From Deinococcus radiodurans R1 = ATCC 13939 = DSM 20539 (GTDB lineage: Bacteria > Deinococcota > Deinococci > Deinococcales > Deinococcaceae): a stretch of DNA of 32,000 nt. The position numbers and the translations under genes are program-made. Positions 1 through 10,624 of this stretch are shown here, piece after piece (position 1 is the first letter of the stretch; each line of letters opens with the position of its first letter). Under the pieces are notes generated by a model, which did not search any database, was not told where the DNA came from, and worked only from the letters and a program-made list of their open reading frames with translations. The stretch is taken from the NCBI RefSeq assembly GCF_000008565.1, contig NC_001263.1:1217602-1249601 (forward strand). Direction: 5' to 3'.

Positions 1-300
1 TTCCAGATTCCAGTTTCTCCGCGCCGCCACCGCGCCCACGTCAATCCGCGTGACCTCGCACGGTACGCCCAACCGGGCGCACAGGTCGCTCACCCAGGCC
101 GCGTCGTCGACGGACTCAGGGCGCAGAGCGTGGTCAAGGTGGGCGACGGCGGGCAGCGCCCCCACCGCCAGCAGCGCCCGCAACAGCCCCACCGAATCGG
201 CTCCCCCCGAGACGCCGACGAGCACCTGACGCCCGACGAAAGGCTCCAGCGGCTGCGTTAGTCGGCGTGCGCTCGTATGGTTCGGGGCCGATTCGCTCAT
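1..300 (-). CDS. tilS: tRNA(Ile)-lysidine synthase, first 100 codons (gene continues beyond window start)
   Basis: Own reverse-strand translation from ATG at 300-298: MSESAPNHTSARRLTQPLEPFVGRQVLVGVSGGADSVGLLRALLAVGALPAVAHLDHALRPES... The SGGxDS PP-loop motif sits where TilS/MesJ carries it. Absent from the ORF track because the window edge truncates it. Confidence 0.75.
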   Translation of the reverse strand, partial: MSESAPNHTSARRLTQPLEPFVGRQVLVGVSGGADSVGLLRALLAVGALPAVAHLDHALRPESVDDAAWVSDLCARLGVPCEVTRIDVGAVAARRNWNLE

Positions 301-413
301 GACCGCCACTGTAACGCTGCGTCTCAGGAGGTGGAAAAGGCTCACAGATAAAGACCGCATTTTCTCGACACTGTGCCAGAGTGTTGTCAGACACATTTGC
401 CTACGCTCGGGCC

Positions 414-905
414 ATGACCCTTTTGCCCGGATACCCTGCGCCCGCGTTCAAATTGCCCGGCGACGATGGCCGCTGGTGGGGGCTGCCGGACCTGCGCGGT
501 CAGGCGGCGGTGCTGTACTTTTATCCACTCGCTCATTCGCGCGACTGTGCGCTGGAGGCGATGGCTTTCGAGGTGCTGCTCGGCGAGTTCGCGGCAGCGG
601 GAGCGCGGGTGCTGGGCATCAGCACCGACTCGCGGGCGCAACTGGCGCGCTTTCGCCATGCCCAGGGTCTGACGTTTCCACTGCTCTCGGACGCTGGGCG
701 CGAGGTCAGCCGCCTGTACGGCGCGCGCCGGTCGCCCTGGGGGCTGGTGGGCCGGGCGGGCCGGCAAACCTACCTGCTCGACGAGCGGGGCCGCGTCGTT
801 CACCACTGGCCGCAGGTGGACCCTGCCTGGCACGCTCAGGCGGTGCTGGACACGCTGCGGCGCTGGCGCGACGGGCAGGACGGGGCCGTTACACTCGGGG
901 CATGA
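414..905 (+). CDS. Bcp/PrxQ-type peroxiredoxin paralog with variant active site (PxxxSxxC)
   Basis: ORF track 381..905 (GTG 381). ATG 414 is preferred: MTLLPGYPAPAFKLPG matches the usual Bcp N-terminus and TACGCT lies 6 nt upstream. AhpC/TSA pattern LYFYPLAHSRDCALE; conserved Arg context GRQTYLLD. Stop overlaps the next start (ATGA at 902-905). Confidence 0.8.
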   Translation: MTLLPGYPAPAFKLPGDDGRWWGLPDLRGQAAVLYFYPLAHSRDCALEAMAFEVLLGEFAAAGARVLGISTDSRAQLARFRHAQGLTFPLLSDAGREVSRLYGARRSPWGLVGRAGRQTYLLDERGRVVHHWPQVDPAWHAQAVLDTLRRWRDGQDGAVTLGA

Positions 906-1381
906 CCCCCCGCGTCGGCCAGCCTGCCCCCCCTTTTCGTGCCCGCAGCGACGATGGCCGCCTGATCGACCTCGCGGAGCTACGAGGCCGCTGGGTTGTG
1001 CTGTACTTTTACCCGCGCGCCGGGACGCCGGGCTGCTCGGTAGAAGCTCAGCGCTTTGAGGAAGCTCTGCCTGAATTCGAGCGCCTGGGCGCCGAGGTTA
1101 TCGGCGTGAGCACCGACACCGAGGCGCAGCAGGCCCGCTTTCGTGACCGCTGCGGTCTGTCGTTCCCGCTCTTGCCCGACGGGGACCGCGCGGTGGCCGA
1201 GGCTTATGGAGTGCTCGGCGGCGTAGGCAAACTGCTGGGGATGACGGCGCGTCAGACTTTTCTGATCGACCCGGCGGGCCGCCTCGCCTTTCACTGGAAA
1301 CGCGTTAACCCGCTGGGCCACGCGGCGGAGGTCTTGCAGACCCTAGAACAGTGCCAGCGCACCGACCCGCCGACGAGCTGA
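902..1381 (+). CDS. bcp: thiol peroxidase Bcp (peroxiredoxin, canonical PxxxTxxC)
   Basis: Internal ATG 902 of ORF 299..1381. MTPRVGQPAPPFRARSDDGRLIDLAELRGRWVVLYFYPRAGTPGCSVEA..., later ARQTFLIDPAGR. The upstream 200 codons of the tracked ORF are Arg/Gly/Ala junk that overlaps the previous gene. Confidence 0.9.
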   Translation: MTPRVGQPAPPFRARSDDGRLIDLAELRGRWVVLYFYPRAGTPGCSVEAQRFEEALPEFERLGAEVIGVSTDTEAQQARFRDRCGLSFPLLPDGDRAVAEAYGVLGGVGKLLGMTARQTFLIDPAGRLAFHWKRVNPLGHAAEVLQTLEQCQRTDPPTS

Positions 1382-2058
1382 TGCTGCTGAGTGTGGACTG
1401 GGACGCCTTTTCCGGCCCCCGCGAACTGGTCTTCGACGCGCCGATCTGGGGCACGCCCGACTGCCCCGCCGACCGGCTGGACGCCTGGCGAGAGCGGGCG
1501 CAGCGGCGTGGGGGCGAGAGCTGGGCCGCGCTCGACACCGATTTTCCGCTGTACAAGGGCTGGGAAGAGCTGCGGCGCTACGTGGGCGTGCCCGCGTTCA
1601 TCACCCTCAGTCACGCCGACGCCTGGGACTGGTTGCAGCAATTTCCCGGCGAGGACGTGCTCAACGTGGATTCGCACCACGACCTGACGAGTTTCAGCGG
1701 CGACCCGGCCCGGCTGCGCCCCGGCAACTGGGCCGGCCTGGGGCTGGCAGCGGGACTGATTCGGCAGTATGTCTGCCTCTACCCCTGGTGGCACGCCGAC
1801 CTGCCCGTCGCCGAGGGCCACGATCTGGAGCGCACCTGGGGCGAATTCGGGCCCCGGCTGGCGCCTGAGCTGCATGGGCGGGTCACACTGCGCCGGCAGG
1901 TGGCCCCCGACGACGGCTGGCCCGAACCCCAGGACGTAAAGGCACTGCTGCTGGTGCAGTCGCCTGCCTGGACCAACCCGGCCCATGACGCGCCGCTCTC
2001 TGGCCTGGCGCGGGACCTCGGCGCCCGCCATCTGCACCCGCCCCTGGAACGGACTTGA
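1381..2058 (+). CDS. hypothetical protein with NVDSHHD metal-site-like motif
   Basis: ORF 1351..2058. ATG 1381 shares one nt with the bcp stop (TGATG), implying coupling. High GC3. No family recognised with confidence. Confidence 0.6.
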   Translation: MLLSVDWDAFSGPRELVFDAPIWGTPDCPADRLDAWRERAQRRGGESWAALDTDFPLYKGWEELRRYVGVPAFITLSHADAWDWLQQFPGEDVLNVDSHHDLTSFSGDPARLRPGNWAGLGLAAGLIRQYVCLYPWWHADLPVAEGHDLERTWGEFGPRLAPELHGRVTLRRQVAPDDGWPEPQDVKALLLVQSPAWTNPAHDAPLSGLARDLGARHLHPPLERT

Positions 2059-2134
2059 TACTCTTTACAGGGTGTTGTCAGTGGGGCTGGGCCGGCTGTG
2101 CGGTCCTTTCCCGGCTGCACCTGGAGTGAGCGAG

Positions 2135-2659
2135 ATGAATTCTGAACCCGAATCTGCATTCCCGAGTTATCAGGTGGGCACCTTCGCGCTGGTGCGCCAC
2201 CAGGACGACGTGTTGCTGGTGCGCCCGTATCAACTGCTGCTGCCGGGCGGCCCCCAGAGCCTGCCGGGTGCCCTGGTCGATATCCAGCACAGCGGCCTGG
2301 GCGTGGTCGAAACCGCGTTGCGGCGGCTTTTGCTTTCGCAACTCAGCATCTCGGTCAGCGAGTTCTGGCTGGTCGGCAGCCATACCCTGCGGACGCCCGG
2401 TCCAGACGGGCAGGCCATCCCCCGCCTGAACCTGATTTTCGGCACCGATTACTGCTCGGGCATCCTCAACCCGCAGCCGCTCGGCTTCAAATCGGCCATC
2501 TGGGTGCCGCGCTCACAGTTGATGGAGCGGGTTGCCCGAGTGGCTGAGTGCGGCCCTCTTCGAACTGGAAAAAGTGGTGCCCCCCCCGGCCCGCGAGGCG
2601 GCAGCGTCCCGGCCCGCCGTCACCGCGCGTTTTCCCTGGCGCCGCTGAGAGAGCGATAA
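2135..2659 (+). CDS. Nudix-fold protein with degenerate Nudix box
   Basis: ATG 2135 inside ORF 1985..2659, with GGAG 8 nt upstream. FALVRHQDDVLLVRP...LPGALVDIQHSGLGVVETALRRLLLSQLSI aligns to GX5EX7REUXEEXGU, but Q/ET/RR replace the catalytic E/RE/EE. The C-terminal 40 codons look out of frame (see findings). Confidence 0.6.
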   Translation: MNSEPESAFPSYQVGTFALVRHQDDVLLVRPYQLLLPGGPQSLPGALVDIQHSGLGVVETALRRLLLSQLSISVSEFWLVGSHTLRTPGPDGQAIPRLNLIFGTDYCSGILNPQPLGFKSAIWVPRSQLMERVARVAECGPLRTGKSGAPPGPRGGSVPARRHRAFSLAPLRER

Positions 2660-2666
2660 CAATGAA

Positions 2667-2708
2667 GCCGCCGGCACCTCCTGAATCGGGGATGCCGGCG
2701 GCTCTTTT
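2667..2708. terminator. bidirectional intrinsic terminator between convergent genes
   Basis: Perfect 10-bp stem GCCGCCGGCA (2667-2676) / TGCCGGCGGC (2693-2702) with a 16-nt loop, followed by TCTTTTGGG. Confidence 0.55.
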
Positions 2709-2722
2709 GGGTGGGTGCTCGC

Positions 2723-3229
2723 TCAGCCGCCCGGGGTCAGCACGACCTGCACACGGTCGTTGCCGATCTTGCTCTTGTCGTAGGTGCACTGCATGTTCAC
2801 CGGCACCAGCGGGCGCACGGCCCCGGCAGTGTCCTTGAACTCAATCATCACCGGCACTTGCAGTTGCAGCTGGCCGTTCTGGTTGGGCCGCACGGCCTGG
2901 TCGATTTGCGAGGGAGTGGCGTTGGTCACGACCTGCAACGTTTCGTTGTCGTGCATTTCGCCGGTTCCTTTGACCGCCGTGAGCAGCGACTGGGTCTGAC
3001 CGGGGCCGAGCATCAGCGGCAGGTCATTGGGAGCATGCAGCCGCTCGCGGCACTGTTCGATGAAGTGATACTTGCTCACGCCGTAGGCGTCACGGTCACT
3101 GTAAAACGGGTTGGCGCGCACCGCCGTGGCCGTCACCCAGCCGAGCAGCAGCACCGTCAGCGCAAGAGCGATCCAGAGCAGGATGCGGCCCGTGCCCCCG
3201 CCGGAGGAAGAAGAGGAAGAGTTGCTCAT
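2723..3229 (-). CDS. membrane-anchored hypothetical protein (N-terminal TM helix, extracytoplasmic domain with 2 Cys)
   Basis: ORF 2723..3250 (GTG 3250); ATG 3229 gives MSNSSSSSSGGGTGRILLWIALALTVLLLGWV. One hydrophobic helix and good GC3. Confidence 0.65.
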   Translation of the reverse strand: MSNSSSSSSGGGTGRILLWIALALTVLLLGWVTATAVRANPFYSDRDAYGVSKYHFIEQCRERLHAPNDLPLMLGPGQTQSLLTAVKGTGEMHDNETLQVVTNATPSQIDQAVRPNQNGQLQLQVPVMIEFKDTAGAVRPLVPVNMQCTYDKSKIGNDRVQVVLTPGG

Positions 3230-3399
3230 AGCTCGCCCAGCATACCCCACATTTCAGGACGTTCCGCCGCTCGCTGCGCTGTCCCTGAGCGGGTGCCGGC
3301 CCCAGTCGGTGGAAGGTGAGGGGGCCATTTATGGGATTCTCGATAGAATTTGGTGAGGCCAACCTGGATAAACTAGGCGTCAGGAGAACAAGTGAACGT

Positions 3400-4368
3400 G
3401 TGAGCCAGCCGCCCCTGACCCTCAAAAACTATGCCCTGTCGCGGTCCATCGGGCGCGGCAACACGTCGGACGTGCGCCTGGCGACGGGCCCGGATGGCCG
3501 CGAGGTGGCGATCAAATTGCCACTTCCCGCCACCCTGCGCCAGCACGACGCCGCCGAGCGCTTCGGCAACGAGGTGCGGCTGACCTTGCAGTTTCGGCAC
3601 CCGCATGTGGTGCGCGGGTTTGCGGGCACGCCCTTCGGACCGGGGGCCTTTCTGGCGCTCTTTTATTATCCCGACGGGCCGCTGAGCAACCGCCTGCGCG
3701 GTCAGCCGCTGCCAAATGAGGAAGCGCTGCGGATTCTGGCGGACATCGCCGCCGCGCTCGCCTACCTGCACCGGCTCGGCGCTGTCCATCAGGACGTGAA
3801 GCCGCAAAACGTCTACGTGAGTGGGGGCCGCGCGGCGCTCGGCGACCTGGGAAGCGCGTATTTCGTCGCCCAGGGGTCCAAGACCAGCGGCAGCCCCTAC
3901 TACATGGCCCCCGAGGTCTACCACGGCGAATCCACCAGCAGCGCCAGCGACGTGTACAGCCTGGGCGTGATGGCGTGGGAACTGCTGACGGGTGCCCGGC
4001 CCTTCAGCGGCAACAGCTACGAGGAATTGATGGTGGCGCACCTCTCGCGCTTTCCCGCGCCGCTCGCCTCGCTGCGGCCCGAGCTGCCGCGTGCGCTGTC
4101 CCGCCTGCTCGACCGCACCTTCGCCAAGCGGCCCCACGAGCGCCCCACCGCCGACGCTCTGCGCCGCGCCCTGCTCGAAGCCCTGGGGGAGACGCCACAG
4201 GAGGAAGACCTTCCGGCTGAGGAGGTGCCGCTTGCCAGTCAGCAGGCCGGGCGACATACGGCGGCCCCCCGCGTGACTGGGCCGCAGGGCCCCGCTGAGA
4301 CGCCCGCACAACCGGAACGTGTCCGCCCGGCCCGCCGGGGCTGGAACCCTTTCCGGCGTAAGGGATAG
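3400..4368 (+). CDS. Hanks-type Ser/Thr protein kinase (non-RD, HQD/DLG variant)
   Basis: ORF 3316..4368. GTG 3400 is preferred: AGGAGA at 3382-3387, and it places the G-loop IGRGNTSDV about 18 residues in. Motifs seen: VAIK, HQDVKPQN, GDLG, SPYYMAPE, DVYSLGVMAWELLTG. The start may instead be 3316 or 3331. Confidence 0.85.
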   Translation: MSQPPLTLKNYALSRSIGRGNTSDVRLATGPDGREVAIKLPLPATLRQHDAAERFGNEVRLTLQFRHPHVVRGFAGTPFGPGAFLALFYYPDGPLSNRLRGQPLPNEEALRILADIAAALAYLHRLGAVHQDVKPQNVYVSGGRAALGDLGSAYFVAQGSKTSGSPYYMAPEVYHGESTSSASDVYSLGVMAWELLTGARPFSGNSYEELMVAHLSRFPAPLASLRPELPRALSRLLDRTFAKRPHERPTADALRRALLEALGETPQEEDLPAEEVPLASQQAGRHTAAPRVTGPQGPAETPAQPERVRPARRGWNPFRRKG

Positions 4369-4395
4369 TGCGGAGAAAAGTCAGCGGCAAACCAA

Positions 4396-4429
4396 CTCGC
4401 TCGCGCCCCAGTTTGAAGGCGCGAGCGAG
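4396..4429. terminator. hairpin between convergent kinase and accA genes
   Basis: Perfect 12-bp stem CTCGCTCGCGCC (4396-4407) / GGCGCGAGCGAG (4418-4429) with a 10-nt loop. The U tract is weak on both strands. Confidence 0.5.
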
Positions 4430-4445
4430 TGAGTCAGAGTGGGGT

Positions 4446-5396
4446 TTAGCGTTCCTCGAAAGCCCCCAACGAGCGGAAACGGGCGGCCCGCTGGGCGAGC
4501 AGGTCGTCAGGCGTCAGGGCCGACAGGTCATCCAGATGGCGGCTGATCACGCTGCCCAGGGCTTCGGCAGCGGCGTCCATGTCCAGGTGGGCTCCACCGG
4601 GCGGCTCGGGCACGACCTCTTCCACGATGCCCATATCCAGTAGGTCGGCGGCGGTAACGCGCAGGGCCTCAGCGGCGAGGGGAGCCTGTGCCGCGTCGCG
4701 CCAGAGGATGCTGGCGGCGCCCTCGGGGGAAATGACCGAGTACCAGGCATTTTCCTGAATCAGCACCCGGTTGCCCACGCCAATCGCCAGGGCGCCGCCC
4801 GAGCCGCCTTCGCCGATCACGGCGCACACGGCGGGGACCCGCAGGCGCACCATGCGCTGGATGCTCTCGGCAATCGCCCAGCCCTGGCCGCGCTCCTCGG
4901 CTTCCAGGCCGGGGTAGGCGCCCTGGGTGTCGATGAGGGAGACCACCGGCAAGCCGAAGCGGTCGGCGAGGTCCATCAGCCGAATCGCTTTGCGGTAGCC
5001 TTCGGGGTTGGCACTGCCGAAGCGGCGCTTGATTTTGGTCTTGGTGTCGCGGCCTTTTTGCTGGAGCAGTAGCATGACGGGCCGCCCCTGCCAGCGGGCG
5101 GGGCCGCCGATGAGCGCCGGGTCGTCCCCGAAGCGGCGGTCACCGTGCAGCTCGGTCCAGTCGCTGCACAGCCGGTCCACGTAGTCGAGCGCGGTGGGGC
5201 GCCCCGGCGTGCGGGCGAGCTGCACCCGGTCCCAGCGTGAGAGGCCGGCGGCATGTTCGCGGCGCAGCGTCTCGAGTTGCGTCCGCAGTGGGGCGAGCGC
5301 GGCATCAAGGTTTTGGCCGGTGCGTTCGGCAGTCGCTTCGAGGTCGCGCACCCGGGCTTCGAGTTCGCGCAGGGCGTCAGCAGGTGTCGAGGTCAC
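4446..5396 (-). CDS. accA: acetyl-CoA carboxylase carboxyltransferase subunit alpha
   Basis: 316-aa ORF with typical AccA sequence ([37 protein letters not shown]). The GTG start overlaps the accD stop (GTGA at 5393-5396). Confidence 0.95.
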   Translation of the reverse strand: MTSTPADALRELEARVRDLEATAERTGQNLDAALAPLRTQLETLRREHAAGLSRWDRVQLARTPGRPTALDYVDRLCSDWTELHGDRRFGDDPALIGGPARWQGRPVMLLLQQKGRDTKTKIKRRFGSANPEGYRKAIRLMDLADRFGLPVVSLIDTQGAYPGLEAEERGQGWAIAESIQRMVRLRVPAVCAVIGEGGSGGALAIGVGNRVLIQENAWYSVISPEGAASILWRDAAQAPLAAEALRVTAADLLDMGIVEEVVPEPPGGAHLDMDAAAEALGSVISRHLDDLSALTPDDLLAQRAARFRSLGAFEER

Positions 5397-6247
5397 AGCC
5401 GCGCCTCCTGCCGGGTCAGCACGCCGAGCAGCCCGGCGAGGTGGCGGCGCTGCTCGCGGCGGTCCACCACGTTGTCCACCATGCCGTGTTCGAGCAGAAA
5501 TTCGGCGCGCTGAAAGCCTTCGGGCAGATTCTGGCGAATGGTCTGCTGAATCACGCGCGGCCCGGCGAACCCGATCAGGGCACCCGGCTCGGCGATGATC
5601 ACGTCGGCGATGGTGGCGAAACTGGCCGTCACGCCCCCGGTGGTGGGGTCGGTCAGCAAGCTAAGATACGGCACGCCGCGTCCGCTGAGGGCCTCGAGCG
5701 CCACCGTCGTTTTCGCCATCTGCATCAGCGAGAGCGCGCTTTCCTGCATTCGGGCGCCGCCGCTCGCCGCGACGAGCAGTAGCGGGGTGCGGCTCTCTGC
5801 GGCGTACTCGGCGGCGCGGGCAATTTCCTCGCCCACCACGCTGCCCATGCTGCCGCCCGAGAAGGCGAAGTCCATCACCGCGAGCGTGACCGGCAGGCCG
5901 TGCAGGGTCGCCGTGCCGGTCAGGATGGCGTCAGGGCGCCCGGTTTTGGCCTGGGCGCGGCGCAGGCGCTCGGGGTAAGGCTCCGTGTCGGTGAAGTGCA
6001 GCGGGTCCACCGGATGCACCTGCCCCGAAAGCTGCCGGAAGCTGCCGGGGTCGGCGAGCACCTCCACCCGGCGCTCGGCGCTGAGGCGAAAGTGATGGCC
6101 GCAGCGGGGGCAGACGTAGGCTTCCTGTTCGAGTTCGCGGTTGTACAGCCCCTCTTTGCAGGCCGGGCACTGCGTCCAGAGGTCCGGCAGGTCGGTGCCC
6201 GCCTGCTGCTGGGGGCGGCGCCTGCGGAAAAAACGGTCCAATGCCAT
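5393..6247 (-). CDS. accD: acetyl-CoA carboxylase carboxyltransferase subunit beta
   Basis: 284-aa ORF. N-terminal zinc ribbon [23 protein letters not shown] (CxxC-x15-CxxC) followed by a carboxyltransferase domain ([12 protein letters not shown]). TAGAAT at 6257-6262 lies 9 nt upstream of the ATG. Confidence 0.95.
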   Translation of the reverse strand: MALDRFFRRRRPQQQAGTDLPDLWTQCPACKEGLYNRELEQEAYVCPRCGHHFRLSAERRVEVLADPGSFRQLSGQVHPVDPLHFTDTEPYPERLRRAQAKTGRPDAILTGTATLHGLPVTLAVMDFAFSGGSMGSVVGEEIARAAEYAAESRTPLLLVAASGGARMQESALSLMQMAKTTVALEALSGRGVPYLSLLTDPTTGGVTASFATIADVIIAEPGALIGFAGPRVIQQTIRQNLPEGFQRAEFLLEHGMVDNVVDRREQRRHLAGLLGVLTRQEARL

Positions 6248-6352
6248 ATGCCCTGCATTCTAGACAGCCGCCGCCGCGCCGCATTGGACCAGGTGCAAGC
6301 GTCCGGGCGATTTGGGACGCGGTTCAACGGCTGGGGTAGGGCGGTCGGCCCC

Positions 6353-6829
6353 TTACCCCAAGCGGCGCTTGAGGTAGTCGTCCATCTGCGCAAGTTGCAG
6401 GCCGAGGTCGTCTTGCAGACTGTCCACCCGCTGGCGCAGTGCGCTCAGTTCGGCCTGGCTGGCGCTGTGGCCGGGACCAAGCGCCTGCTGCTCGATGGTG
6501 TTGAGCCGCCCGTCGAGATAGCTCTGGAGCTGCGCGAAGCGGCTGCCTTCCTGCGCGTCGAGGCTGGCGCGCAGGCTTTCCATGTCGCGCAGCAGCCGGG
6601 CGGTGTCGGCCTCGGCCCGCAGCCGGGTCAGGCCCGCCCAGAAGTAAAAGACCAGCATGGGAATCAGCATCAGCAGCAGCAGCAGCAGCCCCATCGGCAT
6701 GTTCCGGTAGGTGGCGAAGCCCAGATACAGGGTGTGGGGATAGGTCAAAAAATTGCGGTTGAGCACCGCCAGCACCCCCAGCAGAATCAAAAACAGCAGC
6801 AACACACCGAGGCGCAGGCCCATTCGCAT
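6353..6829 (-). CDS. LapA-domain (DUF1049-like) membrane protein with coiled-coil tail
   Basis: 158-aa ORF. Two hydrophobic helices (LGVLLLFLILLGVLAVL, MGLLLLLLMLIPMLVFYFWAGL), then a heptad-like Leu/Gln/Asp-rich tail. TAGCTT lies 6 nt upstream of the ATG. Confidence 0.7.
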   Translation of the reverse strand: MRMGLRLGVLLLFLILLGVLAVLNRNFLTYPHTLYLGFATYRNMPMGLLLLLLMLIPMLVFYFWAGLTRLRAEADTARLLRDMESLRASLDAQEGSRFAQLQSYLDGRLNTIEQQALGPGHSASQAELSALRQRVDSLQDDLGLQLAQMDDYLKRRLG

Positions 6830-6965
6830 GCGGTCAAGCTAACAGAGGGGCGCCTGAGACTGGGCGAGCCGGATTTGAGCGCTTCTTGGGGGAGGCGGCC
6901 CCCAGGGAAGGCAGAGGCGGCGCGGGGCGTAGACAGGCCCGCAGCCGTCCGCTTAAGCTGGACAG

Positions 6966-7670
6966 GTGCTTTCCCTTCAAAAGGCGTCGAACATCCTGGG
7001 TGCGTTCAGTGCCGAGCAGCCCGAATGGGGCGTGCGGGCGCTGTCGGCCCATCTGGGGGTTCCGCGTGCCACCGCCCACGCCTACCTCGCCGGGCTGACC
7101 GAGGCAGGATTTTTGCGCCGCACGCCGCACGGCAAATACCGGCTGTCGTGGCACATCGCCGAGATGGGCGCGCAACTCACCTCGTCGCTGCCCTGGTTTC
7201 AGGACGCCCGCGCCCTGCTGACCCGGCTCGCACTCGACGTGCGAGCGGTGGCCTTCCTGTGCGTGCTGGAGGGCGAAGACGTGGTCGCCGCCATCCGCGA
7301 GCGTCACCCCGACGCCGACATCGACCTGCCGCTCGACGTGTACCTGCCCGCCACCGCGACGGCGAGCGGCAAGCTGCTCTACGTGTACGCGGGCATGACC
7401 CCCCGCACGTTCGCCCACTGCACCCAGAGCAGCATCACCACGCCCGACGAGTGGAAGACCGAAGTGGCGCGGGTGCGGCGGCTGGGCTACGCCTACTCCA
7501 TCGAGGAATGGATTCCGGGGCAGTGCACCCTGGCCGTGCCCTACCACCACGGCGGCAGCGTGGTCGCCAGCATCGGCGTGCAGATGAGCGCCGGGCGGTA
7601 CCTGCGCGAAGAACGCCAGATTCGCGCCCGGGTGATGGACGTGGTGCGCGAGGCGGAGGAGCTGGGCTGA
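6966..7670 (+). CDS. IclR-family transcriptional regulator
   Basis: 234-aa ORF. N-terminal wHTH LQKASNILGAFSAEQPEWGVRALSAHLGVPRATAHAYLAGLTEAGFLRR plus a C-terminal IclR effector-type domain. TAAGCT lies 6 nt upstream of GTG 6966. Confidence 0.85.
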   Translation: MLSLQKASNILGAFSAEQPEWGVRALSAHLGVPRATAHAYLAGLTEAGFLRRTPHGKYRLSWHIAEMGAQLTSSLPWFQDARALLTRLALDVRAVAFLCVLEGEDVVAAIRERHPDADIDLPLDVYLPATATASGKLLYVYAGMTPRTFAHCTQSSITTPDEWKTEVARVRRLGYAYSIEEWIPGQCTLAVPYHHGGSVVASIGVQMSAGRYLREERQIRARVMDVVREAEELG

Positions 7671-7685
7671 GTCGGGCACGAGCAC

Positions 7686-7738
7686 AAAAAGGGCCTGCCG
7701 AGTGGCTCATTTCGCCAGTTCAGCAGGCACTCTTTTCT
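7686..7738. terminator. bidirectional terminator between IclR gene and feo operon
   Basis: AAAAA, then GCCTGC..TGGC (loop) GCCA..GCAGGC as a two-part stem (7693-7728), then ACTCTTTTCTT. T/A tracts are present on both sides. Confidence 0.45.
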
Positions 7739-7742
7739 TGGT

Positions 7743-8083
7743 TCAGCGTGCAGCCAGTCTCGCCAGATACGCCTCGCCGCGCGGGGTCAGCCGCAGCAGG
7801 TGCAGGGGCGGCGTCTCACCGCTGTCGGCGTTGCGGCACAGGCTCTTGAGCGAGCAGGGACCGCAGGCGCACGCCCCGGCGCCCTGGGCGGCTTCCTGCA
7901 CGTAGCCGCCCGCGAAAAGGGTCTGGAGCATTCCCTCGAGCGCGGCGGGCGTGCTGCCGAGGGTCCGGGCGAGTTCCGCCGGCGTGCGCGGCTCGTGGGC
8001 GATGGTTTGCAGCACCGTAGCGAGGTGAGGAGCTGGTGCAGTGGCTGGCGCTTCGTCCGACGCCCGTCGTGACCAGGGCCACA

Positions 8084-8084
<1 letters not shown>
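7743..8084 (-). CDS. feoC: FeoC-like winged-helix protein with Cys cluster
   Basis: Internal ATG 8084 of ORF 7743..8165 overlaps the feoB stop (ATGA at 8082-8086). wHTH-like [29 protein letters not shown] followed by [12 protein letters not shown]. The position after feoB and the Cys-rich wing resemble FeoC. Confidence 0.55.
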
Positions 8085-10329
<2,245 letters not shown>

Positions 10330-10333
<4 letters not shown>

Positions 10334-10560
10334 TGCCGCACCCGGATGCCGTGCAAGTCGGCGCGGCGCAGCGCGAGGTCGGTGCTGCCCACCCGCAGCT
10401 CTATCGGGTCGCCGAGCGGGGCGCGGCGCACCACCACCACCTTCGCCCCGCGCACGAACCCCAGTTCCAGCAGCCGCCGCCGCAGCGGATGATTCCGGTC
10501 CAGGGAAACGATATGTCCCGCCTCTCCGGGCCGCAGCTCATCCAACGCATACTCGTTCAT
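10330..10560 (-). CDS. feoA: ferrous iron transport protein FeoA (SH3-like)
   Basis: 76-aa ORF: [15 protein letters not shown]...[36 protein letters not shown] at 10569-10574 lies 8 nt upstream of the ATG. Confidence 0.9.
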
Positions 10561-10624
10561 ACCCGAGCAGTTTACTCGGATTTACGCAAAGTGAAAGCGC
10601 AGGTGTCCCGGTTGTCCAGTTTTG

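Noticed and set aside
299-901. Upstream 200 codons of tracked ORF 299..1381
   Set aside because: The sequence is low complexity and overlaps the first Bcp-like gene. The canonical Bcp sequence begins at ATG 902.
6332-6360. Hairpin TGGGGTA...TACCCCA with inner GGGC/GCCC pairing around the LapA-like stop codon, considered as a terminator or attenuator before accD
   Set aside because: No U tract follows on the transcribed strand, and accD has its own TAGAAT -10. The evidence is insufficient to call a terminator.
5900-7849. 649-aa ORF on the + strand spanning accD, the LapA-like gene and the IclR gene
   Set aside because: The translation is Arg/Gly/Ala/Pro-rich with runs such as QQQQQ. It overlaps three well-supported genes and is the shadow-frame ORF expected in high-GC DNA.
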